From: an uncultured archaeon
GTDB lineage: Archaea; Asgardarchaeota; Lokiarchaeia; Sigyniarchaeales; SOKP01
Reading direction: 5' to 3'
Assembly (NCBI GenBank): GCA_964486045.1
Contig: CAZALK010000007.1
Location: 32,001 to 96,000, forward strand
Length of the DNA: 64,000 bases
A program made the translations under genes and the position numbers. Below the pieces are notes generated by a model that worked only from the letters and a program-made list of their open reading frames with translations, did no database searches and was not told where the DNA came from. This document shows, piece after piece, positions 51,013 through 60,643 of the stretch. Each line of letters starts with the position of its first letter. The first letter of the stretch is position 1.

Positions 51013-52503
51013 TTAATTTTCAATCTTAGTACCACACCATTTACAAAATTTATCATTTCCAGTAAGTTTACTGCCACATAATGAACAAGTTTTTGAGTTT
51101 GTCGGAGTAATTATTTTGGAGCTAACCGTTTGTCTTCCTTCTACCTTCCCCCCACATTTAGAACAAAACTTTGAATCACTGTGTAGTGCAGCTCCGCATC
51201 TTATACATTTTAGTTCCGTAGTTGGAACTTTCTTGTAAGGGGATCCTTTAGTTCCTTTAGATGGGGTTTTCTCAGGTTCCTTGAGCTTGAGCTTTTTCTG
51301 GCCTATTCTTGATATAACTGCTGCGATTAGGACAATCATCGCGACTACTAAGATAATAATCAATATCCATTGTATATCAAGCCATCTATCACGAGCGCTT
51401 ATACCTGTATTATAGGTCACATCAAAGGTAATCGTAGTAGATTCTTCTGGGGCATCCATTGGATCAAAGTAGACAAAGAAATACCAGTTTCCTGAATGAG
51501 GAACCGACCAAGAATTCACAATATCTGTTTCAGGGGATGAAATTATTCCATCAACCCCATCTGTTATGACACTAAAATCTGTTACATCTGCAGCAGTATA
51601 ATTTATAGTGTAGTCAATAGTTACTGGTGAACCTCCATCATTGTACCACACAAGATTATAGTCGGCGGCTGAAGTGATTGATTCTAAACCACTACTTTGA
51701 TTTGTGCTTATTTCACCCGTAAAGAAAGTTCCTGGATTCCACCAGTAAAAATCATAACCATCAGCTATAAAGAAATGAATCTGACCACTTGCATTAAACT
51801 CATATTCTATTGATGATCCTGGTCTTAGGAACAACCATTCAGTCCAATATTCATTATTTGGTAAAACTTTTGAACCGACAACCGGTACATCAACTGTAGT
51901 TGTAGGAAGAGATTCAAAAGGACGATCCCATATAGCAAATGTGATTACACTAGACGTAGAATGGATTGAATAAGTGATTTCATTTAATGCGTCAACATTT
52001 TCATATTCATACCAGAATTCATTAAAGTAAAGAGTCTCTGTTGATCGGTAGTTGACAGTTCCGTCTACGTCAGCATCACTGAATGGGTACCAAAATGATA
52101 TACCTACAATAGGAAGTAGTATCAATGCAAACATTATAAAAAATAGGATCCCTCCACCCATATAGACAGGGCTATAATACCAAGGGCGATTCCAGCGACC
52201 TGCCCAATATGGGGAGTACCACCATCGGTAATACCAAGGTCTATGATAATACCACCATGGTCTATAATATCTATGATGCGGCCTATGATAACCATGTGAA
52301 TAGGGTCCCCTTCTAGATCCTGAAGTTGTACGTGTAGAACCAGTTCTTCCAAAAGGTCTTCCACTACTACGTCCTCCGCTGCGATATCCACCGCCACCTC
52401 TGAATCCGCCACCAAAACCCCCGCCACCTCTGAATCCACCGCCACCTCTGAATCCGCCACCAAAACCCCCACCACCGCGGAATCCACCGCCACCGCGAGG
52501 CAT
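51013..52503 (-). CDS. membrane protein with RGG-rich N-terminus, extracytoplasmic domain and C-terminal zinc ribbons
   Basis: Gly/Arg/Phe repeats, W/Y/R/P-rich stretch, two TM helices and four CxxC motifs. Confidence 0.75.
   Translation of the reverse strand: MPRGGGGFRGGGGFGGGFRGGGGFRGGGGFGGGFRGGGGYRSGGRSSGRPFGRTGSTRTTSGSRRGPYSHGYHRPHHRYYRPWWYYHRPWYYRWWYSPYWAGRWNRPWYYSPVYMGGGILFFIMFALILLPIVGISFWYPFSDADVDGTVNYRSTETLYFNEFWYEYENVDALNEITYSIHSTSSVITFAIWDRPFESLPTTTVDVPVVGSKVLPNNEYWTEWLFLRPGSSIEYEFNASGQIHFFIADGYDFYWWNPGTFFTGEISTNQSSGLESITSAADYNLVWYNDGGSPVTIDYTINYTAADVTDFSVITDGVDGIISSPETDIVNSWSVPHSGNWYFFVYFDPMDAPEESTTITFDVTYNTGISARDRWLDIQWILIIILVVAMIVLIAAVISRIGQKKLKLKEPEKTPSKGTKGSPYKKVPTTELKCIRCGAALHSDSKFCSKCGGKVEGRQTVSSKIITPTNSKTCSLCGSKLTGNDKFCKWCGTKIEN
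52388..52500 (-). repeat. GC-rich tandem repeat encoding (GGGFRG/GGGFG)n
   Basis: Repeated ccgccacctctgaat and ccgccaccaaaaccc units. Confidence 0.85.
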
Positions 52504-52506
52504 TTT

Positions 52507-53517
52507 CTATCTAGTCACCTCAGGGGTTTTAGCTTCAGAAACAGATTTTCCGCGAAACATATAATCTCGGCTGATTGCTAATAGAAATAGTATCATCGAA
52601 ATGATAGACATCGTTAATCCAACGGGATCAATTGTAATACCAGGCTGAGGAACTTCAAGGGCAAAAGCTATCCCGAATAAAATCCAAACAAAAGACATAA
52701 AGAAAACAGCTAGTCCTGGTATAATAGTTCTTATGATCCATCCTGTTTGCAAATTCCTTGTGTCGGAAAAACTTGTATACACAATTGAGAACAATCCTAC
52801 TACTCCAAATATCAGTGTCAAAATACTAAATATGTCGATAATAAGCCAAATCGGTCCACTTTTTGCAAATAAGTTAAGGAAAGGTACCATTACCCCTAAA
52901 CCGCTTGCATCAAACAAACCAAATGTCACTATTGGATCTCCTACGACAGGCGCGATACCAAGTAAACTTAGAAGTCCACTTTGATTACCCGTGAAAAATC
53001 CAAAAATTCCCGCAAGAGGTAAAATTATACCCAATGTAAATCCTAAAATTACACAAACACTTGCAAACCAGAATTCAGCTGCTTTTGTGTTTTTTACAGG
53101 AATAAGGCCGATTTCATCTACAGTTTGATCGGGGATGAAACTCCAACAGTCTTGAATAGTACATACTCCCACAAGTTTTTTATCCTTAATCACAGGTACT
53201 ACATTTACATTTAAATCTCGCATTCTGTTAAATGCATCAGTAACAGGTGTTTCTAATGTGACTGGGCTAATTTTATACATTGTTGATAGAACCTTTTCAG
53301 TTTTTGTATCAGTGCCTTCAGCAACATCATTCTTAACGATATCAAAATCAGCTATAACACCAAGCACTTCTTGAGTTGATTCTTCAATAACAACCAAATC
53401 TGGTACCCCTATTTCTTTCATTTTCTTAGCGGCTTCTTGAATTGTTGCATTTGAGTCAATTACACCATATTCATCGTCGATGACAAGATCTTTTACTATA
53501 TACTCTTTTATTGTCAT
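52507..53517 (-). CDS. CBS-domain membrane protein
   Basis: N-terminal CBS pair followed by several TM helices. Confidence 0.8.
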   Translation of the reverse strand: MTIKEYIVKDLVIDDEYGVIDSNATIQEAAKKMKEIGVPDLVVIEESTQEVLGVIADFDIVKNDVAEGTDTKTEKVLSTMYKISPVTLETPVTDAFNRMRDLNVNVVPVIKDKKLVGVCTIQDCWSFIPDQTVDEIGLIPVKNTKAAEFWFASVCVILGFTLGIILPLAGIFGFFTGNQSGLLSLLGIAPVVGDPIVTFGLFDASGLGVMVPFLNLFAKSGPIWLIIDIFSILTLIFGVVGLFSIVYTSFSDTRNLQTGWIIRTIIPGLAVFFMSFVWILFGIAFALEVPQPGITIDPVGLTMSIISMILFLLAISRDYMFRGKSVSEAKTPEVTR

Positions 53518-53925
53518 GTATTATGCATCTCATTTTTTTTTTTTTGTTAAATCATTTTCTATGAATCATACACAATATAATATATATAAATGTTTTTGTT
53601 AATCTGAATGACTCAAGGAAAAAATAAGTTTCTTAAAAATTGGTCTATATATCCTTTAAATAATCCATTTAGTAACTTAGTTATTCTACTTTAAAAATTG
53701 AAGTATTTATTTGTGTTGCTAATCCAAAAGTGTATAAAAAAAGAAAGTTAAAAGAATCTTTTAGGGACTTAAAAAAAGAAATTTTTGCTTTATGTTGAAG
53801 AATAAATATATAAAATCATTAAAAACCCCGTTTTTTCGATACTTAGAATAGATTTTTAATTCTACTTTTATAGTTTCCAAGATAATAGTTTTAGTTCACT
53901 ATTTAATGCACTTAGCTAATTTCTT

Positions 53926-54492
53926 TTAAGATTTGAAAAAATGAGGTTTAACATTCAAGATTATCTCACAATCACAGTGTCCACCTAAATGCTCACATAA
54001 TTCAAGAAATTGTTTCTGAGTCTTTTTGTCAACACCTAAATGTGCTAAAATCCTTTTAGACGATTCATGCCCATGGCAATTTGACCCAAAACGAGTTAAA
54101 TTAATGCCATATTCCCCCTCTAATAAGTTAAAGAATTGGTTAATCTCAACTCTCGTTAGTTCTAAATTTTCTTCCAATTTTCTGAAGTAGACCCGAGTAT
54201 GATTACAACCTATGCATATCCACTGTTCTAAATCAGGGATGAAAATCATGTCTCTATCGCTCCTTCCGCAAAATGAACATGTGCAAATCGACCTGCGATT
54301 TAACAATTTTAATTGCGTAATTTTTTTTTTGACTTCATCAAACTTCTTATCATCTCTACCAAAATAGTAATCACGTTCATCCACAAGAGAAATGTGAATG
54401 TCAGTAAGCCATAGTTTTAAAATGGTCCCCAATGCGTTCCTAGTCTTTCTAAGCCGAGGATCTTTTATTATGATAGCCCGTTCTTTCTTCAT
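53926..54492 (-). CDS. zinc-finger protein with C-terminal DUF2695-like domain
   Basis: IKDPRLRK N-terminus, CxxC..WICxxC and GGHCDCEIILN. Confidence 0.65.
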   Translation of the reverse strand: MKKERAIIIKDPRLRKTRNALGTILKLWLTDIHISLVDERDYYFGRDDKKFDEVKKKITQLKLLNRRSICTCSFCGRSDRDMIFIPDLEQWICIGCNHTRVYFRKLEENLELTRVEINQFFNLLEGEYGINLTRFGSNCHGHESSKRILAHLGVDKKTQKQFLELCEHLGGHCDCEIILNVKPHFFKS

Positions 54493-54643
54493 AACTTATC
54501 TAAAAATAAAAAAATTGATTAATATTTAAAGTTTAACCGTATCCTTTAAATTACCTAGTCTCTAATTTAGTTATTCCTCTTAGCTTTTAGCTTCTCAATT
54601 CAGAAAAGAGAATAGAAGACTAGGTTATAACTCAGAAATACAA

Positions 54644-55441
54644 TTAGAATAAATCTAATAAAGAGCTAAAGGAATCAACTACCATAGAGGGCTTAATTCG
54701 AGATTTATCGGATTTATAATATTGCCCTTTCCCCGTCCTTACTAATATCCCTTTAATACCCGCATTAATAGCTCCATGAATATCAGATTCAGGATCATCA
54801 CCAATTACAAGTACTTCGTCTGACTTAAGACCGATTTTTTTTAAAGCTTGTAGGAAATATTCTTTTGAAGGTTTACCAACAATTTTAGGATCGACATTTG
54901 CTGCATAGGCAATCAACTGGACAAATGATCCTGTATCCATTACAGGTTCTCCATCGCGATCAAGGTAATATTTATTACCCTGAGTTCCAATGAGCGTCGC
55001 CCCTTTTAAAACATATTTAAATGCTTGATTTAACCGATTCATATCCCAATTGTCATGAAAATCTCCTATTATGACAAAATCGGGTATTTCTGAATCATCA
55101 TTTTTAATTTTAGGAAAATTTTTAAATTCTTTTTCAACTTCTGCGGTTGTAACAAAGAATGATTGCTTTTCTCGGTGTTTGTTTAAAAATTCTTTTAATG
55201 TTATGATTGGAGTGAAAATCTCGTCCTTGTTTATTGTAAATCCATAATCCAATAAAATTTTTAGAACTGTTTGGGGAGATTTACTGTCTGTATTTGTGAA
55301 AAAAAGAAATTTTAAACCTAATTGGCGTAGTTTTTTGAGTGTTTCGACAGCTCCAGGAATAGGATTTCCTTTGAAATAAAGAGTTCCGTCTATATCTGCT
55401 AATATTCCCTTAATATTGGAAAATTTAATTACCTTAACCAT
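54644..55441 (-). CDS. HAD-IIA family hydrolase
   Basis: DIDGTL, TNT, GKPS, GDD.ESDI.GA and VRTGK. Confidence 0.92.
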   Translation of the reverse strand: MVKVIKFSNIKGILADIDGTLYFKGNPIPGAVETLKKLRQLGLKFLFFTNTDSKSPQTVLKILLDYGFTINKDEIFTPIITLKEFLNKHREKQSFFVTTAEVEKEFKNFPKIKNDDSEIPDFVIIGDFHDNWDMNRLNQAFKYVLKGATLIGTQGNKYYLDRDGEPVMDTGSFVQLIAYAANVDPKIVGKPSKEYFLQALKKIGLKSDEVLVIGDDPESDIHGAINAGIKGILVRTGKGQYYKSDKSRIKPSMVVDSFSSLLDLF

Positions 55442-55477
55442 TATTCCATATTAAAAAACTGTATTTTGATATCTTCT

Positions 55478-56332
55478 CTAATTATTTGAAGAAAATAAAC
55501 GTTTCAAATTTATAAAACTTTCATAAGCTTTCTCTCGTGGACGAACTTCAATACATAAATCCATAACTTTAGATATATTCAATTTCCTTAAGAAATACTC
55601 AAAATCAATAATGCCAGAACCAATTACCTTATGAGATTTTCCATAAGAGTCAATATCATGCAGATGAATTTGCTTTATTGAATTTATGTTAGAAACAAAA
55701 AAGTTCTCTATTTTATCATCTTTTTGAAGAGAGGGATTATAGGTTTTTGCTAAATCCCAACAAAGATATATCTTCTGCTGTTTTAAATAGGGCTGCAAAA
55801 CTTCAAATACTAATGATTCAAAGCGATAATTTTCTATACAAATAACAAATCTATTACTAGCGTGGGTTAAAAGATTCTCTAAATTTTTTTTTAGTGTATT
55901 TTTATAGATAGTGAGATCTTCTTGGGGTAAATTTGATACATAATCGTTATCAGTTGAAAATTTAGTGATATTACCAAGATGGATGGTGATTAATTTTGAC
56001 CCAATTTTCTCAGCAAAACTAAAAAGTTCTCTGTAATATGCAAAAATTCCCTTTTTTAGGTGTTTATTGATCGTAAATAATGAAGTTATTGCGTCAGGTC
56101 CATGAATTGAGATGAATAACTTATGTTTCTTACAAAACTGCTTTACTTCAGAACATAACCTATCAGAGTAGTGCTCAAATGATAAGTGGGGTGTTTCAAT
56201 AGCTAATTGAATTCCAGCAAATCCACTGTTTTTAGCATAATTTAACGCTTCTAAAATAGTATTATCGTAGACGGCATGAAAACTGATTTTTTTTATAATT
56301 TCATTCAAAATTTGTACTTTCATGCAAATCAA
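55478..56332 (-). CDS. sugar phosphate isomerase/epimerase (AP endonuclease 2 TIM barrel)
   Basis: IHGP, TIHLG, IEN, CWD, IHLHD and H..IGSGIIDF. Confidence 0.8.
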   Translation of the reverse strand: MICMKVQILNEIIKKISFHAVYDNTILEALNYAKNSGFAGIQLAIETPHLSFEHYSDRLCSEVKQFCKKHKLFISIHGPDAITSLFTINKHLKKGIFAYYRELFSFAEKIGSKLITIHLGNITKFSTDNDYVSNLPQEDLTIYKNTLKKNLENLLTHASNRFVICIENYRFESLVFEVLQPYLKQQKIYLCWDLAKTYNPSLQKDDKIENFFVSNINSIKQIHLHDIDSYGKSHKVIGSGIIDFEYFLRKLNISKVMDLCIEVRPREKAYESFINLKRLFSSNN

Positions 56333-56348
56333 TCCAACTCCTATAATT

Positions 56349-56888
56349 TTATGAGACTTTAGATATGATATCTTCTACATTTATGAGGTTATGAACTTTT
56401 ATTGAATGTTCCTTCTCAAATTCTTCCAGGTTATCTGAAGTTCTGTCAATAAAAACAAAAAGGTTTTCCACATTTGCACCTTCTTCTCTCAGAGCATTTA
56501 TTGCAAAGAGTTTACTAAAACCACTCGATATTAAATCATCAACTAATAAAATTTTTTGGCCCTTTTTGATTTCTCCTTCAATCAATTTTTTGAGCCCATG
56601 CTTCTTTGGTTCTTTTCTTAAAATATAGAAGGGTTTGTGAAGTTGATTGGCAATTAAAATGCCAAAAGGGATGCCAGCAAGTGGGATCGCAACCACACCT
56701 TCAATTTCAGGGCAATTTTTATGTAAATATTTAACTGCAAATCTAATTATTTCTTCAAATGCTCCGGGAAAATTAGGAATGACTCGTAAATCAATATAAT
56801 ATTTTGATTTTTCTCCTGAAGCTAATGTAAAATCACCAAATTTTAGCGCACCTGTCTCTTCTAGAATTTTAATTATTCTTTGCTTAAT
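56349..56888 (-). CDS. pyrE: orotate phosphoribosyltransferase
   Basis: The frame extends upstream of the listed start: LKFGDFTLASGEKSKYYIDLR, then RKEPKKHG and LVDDLISSG. There is no in-frame ATG; the ATG at 56929 is out of frame. Confidence 0.9.
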   Translation of the reverse strand: MKQRIIKILEETGALKFGDFTLASGEKSKYYIDLRVIPNFPGAFEEIIRFAVKYLHKNCPEIEGVVAIPLAGIPFGILIANQLHKPFYILRKEPKKHGLKKLIEGEIKKGQKILLVDDLISSGFSKLFAINALREEGANVENLFVFIDRTSDNLEEFEKEHSIKVHNLINVEDIISKVS

Positions 56889-56998
56889 TTTGCTTTAACC
56901 TTCAAATTGAATTTATCAAGTTTTTTCATCTATTATGGGTATTTAGTATCATTTCTTATTAAAAATTATCAAATCTAACAATAAAAAATGGATAAATC

Positions 56999-57022
56999 TT
57001 CGTGAAAGACTTGTTTCACGAA
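56999..57022. promoter_or_regulatory. perfect 9-bp hairpin upstream of pyrE
   Basis: TTCGTGAAA-gacttg-TTTCACGAA. Confidence 0.4.
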
Positions 57023-57075
57023 TCTGTTTTAGAATAAATGTTCCTTCCCAAAGATAAGAATGAAGGTTATTTAAT

Positions 57076-57870
57076 CTATTTCTCAATATTTCTTACTTTT
57101 AAAGGAGGTCTGGGAGGAGCTCGAGGATAATTTACAGCAGGATATCCGAGGGTCATAACACCTAATATGTAGCTTTTAATCCCGGTTAGTTTAACTCGGA
57201 TTTCGGAATTTTCCATAAGAACACCATGAGCATAACCTATCCAACAACTACCTAATCCCAAAGATTGAGCGCTTAGCATTCCAAATGTCATGGCAATAGT
57301 CGCATTCCTTGTATTCCATTGATTATTTGAGTAGAAGATCACTACAATAGGGGCATTGTAAAATATCGGATCAATTCCCAAGTTTCTTTTTGTAACTAAA
57401 TTAATATTAGGATTTTCTTGGGCAATGAAGTCAATAATAGAATCGGATAATATTTTTATTCTCGTATCATCTGAGATTATTAAACATTTTAAAGTTCGAA
57501 TATTAGCACCTGTACAAGCATATCGCATGGACTCCAGGACTTTATCGATTACATCCTTAGGAACTTTTTTGTTTTTATATTGACGAATTGATCTTTTTGC
57601 TCTTAAAAATGGATGTAAACTTTCATAAGATATCAATGTGGTTGGATCTTGATTTTTCTCAAAATCTAATGCTTCACCTTTCATATTTTGATATAAAATC
57701 GCATCTACAGGACAAACAGCTATGCAATGACCGCATAAGATACAACCTTTAGAATTATCGAACGAGATTTTATTCAACTGCTTATCCTCTCCAAAACATA
57801 AAGCAGGACAGTCTCTTATACATAGTTTGCATTGGGTGCATAAATCTAGATCTATTCCTGAAATAGGCAT
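57076..57870 (-). CDS. nitroreductase with N-terminal 2x[4Fe-4S] domain
   Basis: Two CxxCxxCxxxCP motifs, KRSIRQY and GLGSCWIG. Confidence 0.92.
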   Translation of the reverse strand: MPISGIDLDLCTQCKLCIRDCPALCFGEDKQLNKISFDNSKGCILCGHCIAVCPVDAILYQNMKGEALDFEKNQDPTTLISYESLHPFLRAKRSIRQYKNKKVPKDVIDKVLESMRYACTGANIRTLKCLIISDDTRIKILSDSIIDFIAQENPNINLVTKRNLGIDPIFYNAPIVVIFYSNNQWNTRNATIAMTFGMLSAQSLGLGSCWIGYAHGVLMENSEIRVKLTGIKSYILGVMTLGYPAVNYPRAPPRPPLKVRNIEK

Positions 57871-57886
57871 AATTTTCTCTCTTTAT

Positions 57887-58663
57887 TTAAAAAATCTTTA
57901 ATTTTAAAGGTGGACGGGGTGCTGACCTCTTAAATGTGACTGTTGGATATCCTATAGTCATAATACCAGAAATTTTTGTTGATACACCAAGAATCTTTTT
58001 GGTTTTCTCTTTATTAGCAGCTAAAAATTTCTGTATACCCCCGATCCAACAAGACCCTAAACCCATTGTTTCAGCATATAACATTGCATATGTAATTGCT
58101 ATTGTAGCGTCAATTTCGCTAAATAAGCCCCTCGAATGGAGAATTATTAGATGAGGAGCGTTATGAAAAAAAGGATCTACACCGATTTCCCTACCTTTTT
58201 TAAGATTGTTTCTCTCTTCTCCAGAATATATTTCATCAATAAGAGAATCGATAAATTCTCCCATTTTCTGTTCACCGGAGATCAATATACATTTGAGAAT
58301 CCTCAGATTTATCGCAGTTGGTGCATATCTCACACTTTCAATTACTTTCTTAAGTGTTTCAATCGGAACTTCTTCCTTCTTATATTGTCTGATAGATCTT
58401 TTAGAAAGTATTAATTTAAACAGAGATTCAGGGGACACAGAATCATTGGGGTCTTCAAAGTCTATTGCAATATCTTTAAAACCATCATAATTTATTGCAT
58501 TTTCAGGACACACGGCTATACAATGACCGCACAAGATACATCTAGACCCTACAAAGCGAGTTTGGCCTAGTTCTTTATCCATAATATAGTTTCCAGTAGT
58601 GCACTCTTTAATACAAGCTTGACAGTTTGAGCATTTGTCAACGTTTATTCCTTTAATGGGCAT
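57887..58663 (-). CDS. nitroreductase with N-terminal 2x[4Fe-4S] domain (tandem paralog)
   Basis: Same motifs as the neighbour; likely start MPIKG. Confidence 0.92.
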   Translation of the reverse strand: MPIKGINVDKCSNCQACIKECTTGNYIMDKELGQTRFVGSRCILCGHCIAVCPENAINYDGFKDIAIDFEDPNDSVSPESLFKLILSKRSIRQYKKEEVPIETLKKVIESVRYAPTAINLRILKCILISGEQKMGEFIDSLIDEIYSGEERNNLKKGREIGVDPFFHNAPHLIILHSRGLFSEIDATIAITYAMLYAETMGLGSCWIGGIQKFLAANKEKTKKILGVSTKISGIMTIGYPTVTFKRSAPRPPLKLKIF

Positions 58664-58757
58664 GATATTACTGAAAAACAAGAAATCTATTTTTATTTTA
58701 TGGTTTGAGGGTTTTTATCGGAATTACCTAATTTTCACCCATAAGTTTAAAAAGGTG

Positions 58758-58797
58758 TATCGATTTCGATATATTAGAATATATCGATTTCGATATA
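58758..58797. promoter_or_regulatory. tandem palindromic operator (2x TATCGA-TT-TCGATA), likely PadR sites
   Basis: Two copies (58758-58771 and 58782-58795) just downstream of a TTTAAAAA box, between divergent nitroreductase and padR genes. Confidence 0.7.
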
Positions 58798-58814
58798 GTA
58801 ACATTATTTTGGTG

Positions 58815-59442
58815 ATGAATTATTTTTAGTACATATAGAAAAGGTACTCGAACGGGTTTAGAGATTTTAGTCTTAAAGATTATCCAAAATAATGGATCAG
58901 GAATTACTGGATATGATATTATTCAAAAGATAACTAGTAAACCCAGAGGTTTATGGAGAGGAACAGCAGGATCGATATACCCATTACTTAAAAATTTAGC
59001 AGATAAAAGTCTAGTGAGGATTGAGGAAATCTTTGATAATAAACGAGTTAAAAAGGAGTATTATATAACTGAAAAAGGTTCTAATGCACTTAAAGATGCT
59101 TTGAGTAAGAATATTTATCCCAGCATGCATTCATTTATGGATTCTATATTCACTCTTATTGGAGATATCCCGAGAGTCAAAAGAAATGTTGAAACAATGT
59201 TTTGTAGTTTCCCTCATCACAGACACATGGAAATTGATGAGAGTGATTTATCCCTGGATAATATTCAACACATACAAAACTTTATTAAAAGATTAGAAGC
59301 TTCAAAGAAAGAACTTAAACAAAGAATAGAAAGATTAGATGAGCAAATCGTAACACATCAGTCTTTATTAGTTAAACTTGAAAAAGAGCGCGAAAAAAAT
59401 TCTAAACCTATTGATATATTCGGTGAAGATATGTATTCTTGA
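58815..59442 (+). CDS. PadR-family transcriptional regulator
   Basis: The frame is open from 58819: LEILVLKII...TGYDIIQKI...GSIYPLLKNL...KKEYYITEKG. The ATG at 58815 is one base out of frame. Confidence 0.85.
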
Positions 59443-59496
59443 TTTAAACCAAAAATTAATTTATAAAATTTTAAAAAAAAAGGAGGAAATAAAAAC

Positions 59497-60000
59497 ATGA
59501 GTAGTGAAGGTCCTCATGGACACGGTCAAGGTCATGGTCGTGGACATGGGGGAAGAGGAATGGCCGGTTGTTTTCCATTCAACCCTCAACAAATTCAAAA
59601 AATGAAAAGTATGGCTCATCATTTTATGAGGGGGTTTATGGGTAACCAAATACCTCACAATATAGAAGATCTTGGTGAGAGTTATTTAATAACTGTCCCA
59701 TTAGCAGGTCGGACTAAGGAAGAAGTTAAGGTTTCTTTAATTAATAAAAATCTTAATATTAAAGCTGAAAAACCAAAGATTCCTGAGAAAGAGAGTATAA
59801 AAGAAAAAGCAGAAGAAGAACAGTCTGCTAATGAATGTTGTACTCCAAATTTCGGGAAAGGTTTTACATTTATTGATGTAAACATGGATATTCCTTTACC
59901 GGCTGATGCAGACACAGATACAATTGTGTCTAAAATGGCTAATGGACTCTTAAAGATAACATTTGGTAAAAAACCAGCCAAAAATATTGACGTGAGTTAA
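59497..60000 (+). CDS. Hsp20/alpha-crystallin small heat-shock protein
   Basis: YLITVPLAG..KEEVKVS, IPLP.DAD and NGLLKITFGK; His/Gly-rich N-terminus. Confidence 0.85.
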   Translation: MSSEGPHGHGQGHGRGHGGRGMAGCFPFNPQQIQKMKSMAHHFMRGFMGNQIPHNIEDLGESYLITVPLAGRTKEEVKVSLINKNLNIKAEKPKIPEKESIKEKAEEEQSANECCTPNFGKGFTFIDVNMDIPLPADADTDTIVSKMANGLLKITFGKKPAKNIDVS

Positions 60001-60029
60001 TGTAAATTCAAAGTTTAGAATTTAAAAAC

Positions 60030-60098
60030 AGGCGCTTAGGATTTACAGCAATATTTTCCCACTCGGAGCAATATTGTATAAAATATGTCTAAGCACCC
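60030..60098 (-). other. long imperfect RNA stem-loop between convergent genes
   Basis: Minus-strand arms GGGUGCUUAG/CUAAGCGCCU, UUUAUA/UGUAAA and CAAUAUU/AAUAUUG; G-U wobbles favour the minus strand. Confidence 0.55.
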
Positions 60099-60158
60099 TA
60101 ATAACTAATTATTTTTTTTTATTTTTTAATTTATGCATTTTGCTGATTTGTTTATTTA

Positions 60159-60584
60159 TTAATACTCAAGAACTCCTGTGTGCATGATCAATTTCCAATC
60201 TTTACCGATCTTAGAATAAACTTTACAAGTTCTTCCCTTCCAATGATTTTGAATTCCATCTTTATCAATCCATAAGGTATCAATATCAACTACAGCAAAA
60301 GCCCCATCTTTTTCTTTTGAAATTTCAATTTTTTTAATTTCTCTATGATTATGTTCTAACCTATGTGTATTAAATAGGTCTAACCACCCTTCCTTCCAAC
60401 GATTATAATCATATCTGCCCCATTCTAAAACCCAATCCATCGGATCATGAGAATGAGGGGTTTTTGGCCAAGGTCATACCATATCCGGATGGAATATTGT
60501 CATCAACAAATCGACATCCTGAGTATCCCAGGCTTTGGTTTCCCTATTCACTATTTCCTCAATTTGGTTTTTTATTTCTTCCAT
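60159..60584 (-). pseudogene. SnoaL/NTF2-like protein with in-frame TGA (nonsense mutation or readthrough)
   Basis: MEEIKNQIEEIVNRETKAWDTQDVDLLMTIFHPDMV*PWPKTPHSHDPMDW...WKLIMHTG; TGA at 60476-60474. Confidence 0.65.
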
Positions 60585-60643
60585 TTTGCTTACTTCATTT
60601 GTTGTATTTTCTGTTAAAATCCAAGCTTTTAGATGATAACTTT

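Noticed and set aside
60474-60476. Genome-wide UGA=Trp code
   Set aside because: TGA terminates conserved genes here (endA, purS, 23327-24463) and TGG is used throughout.
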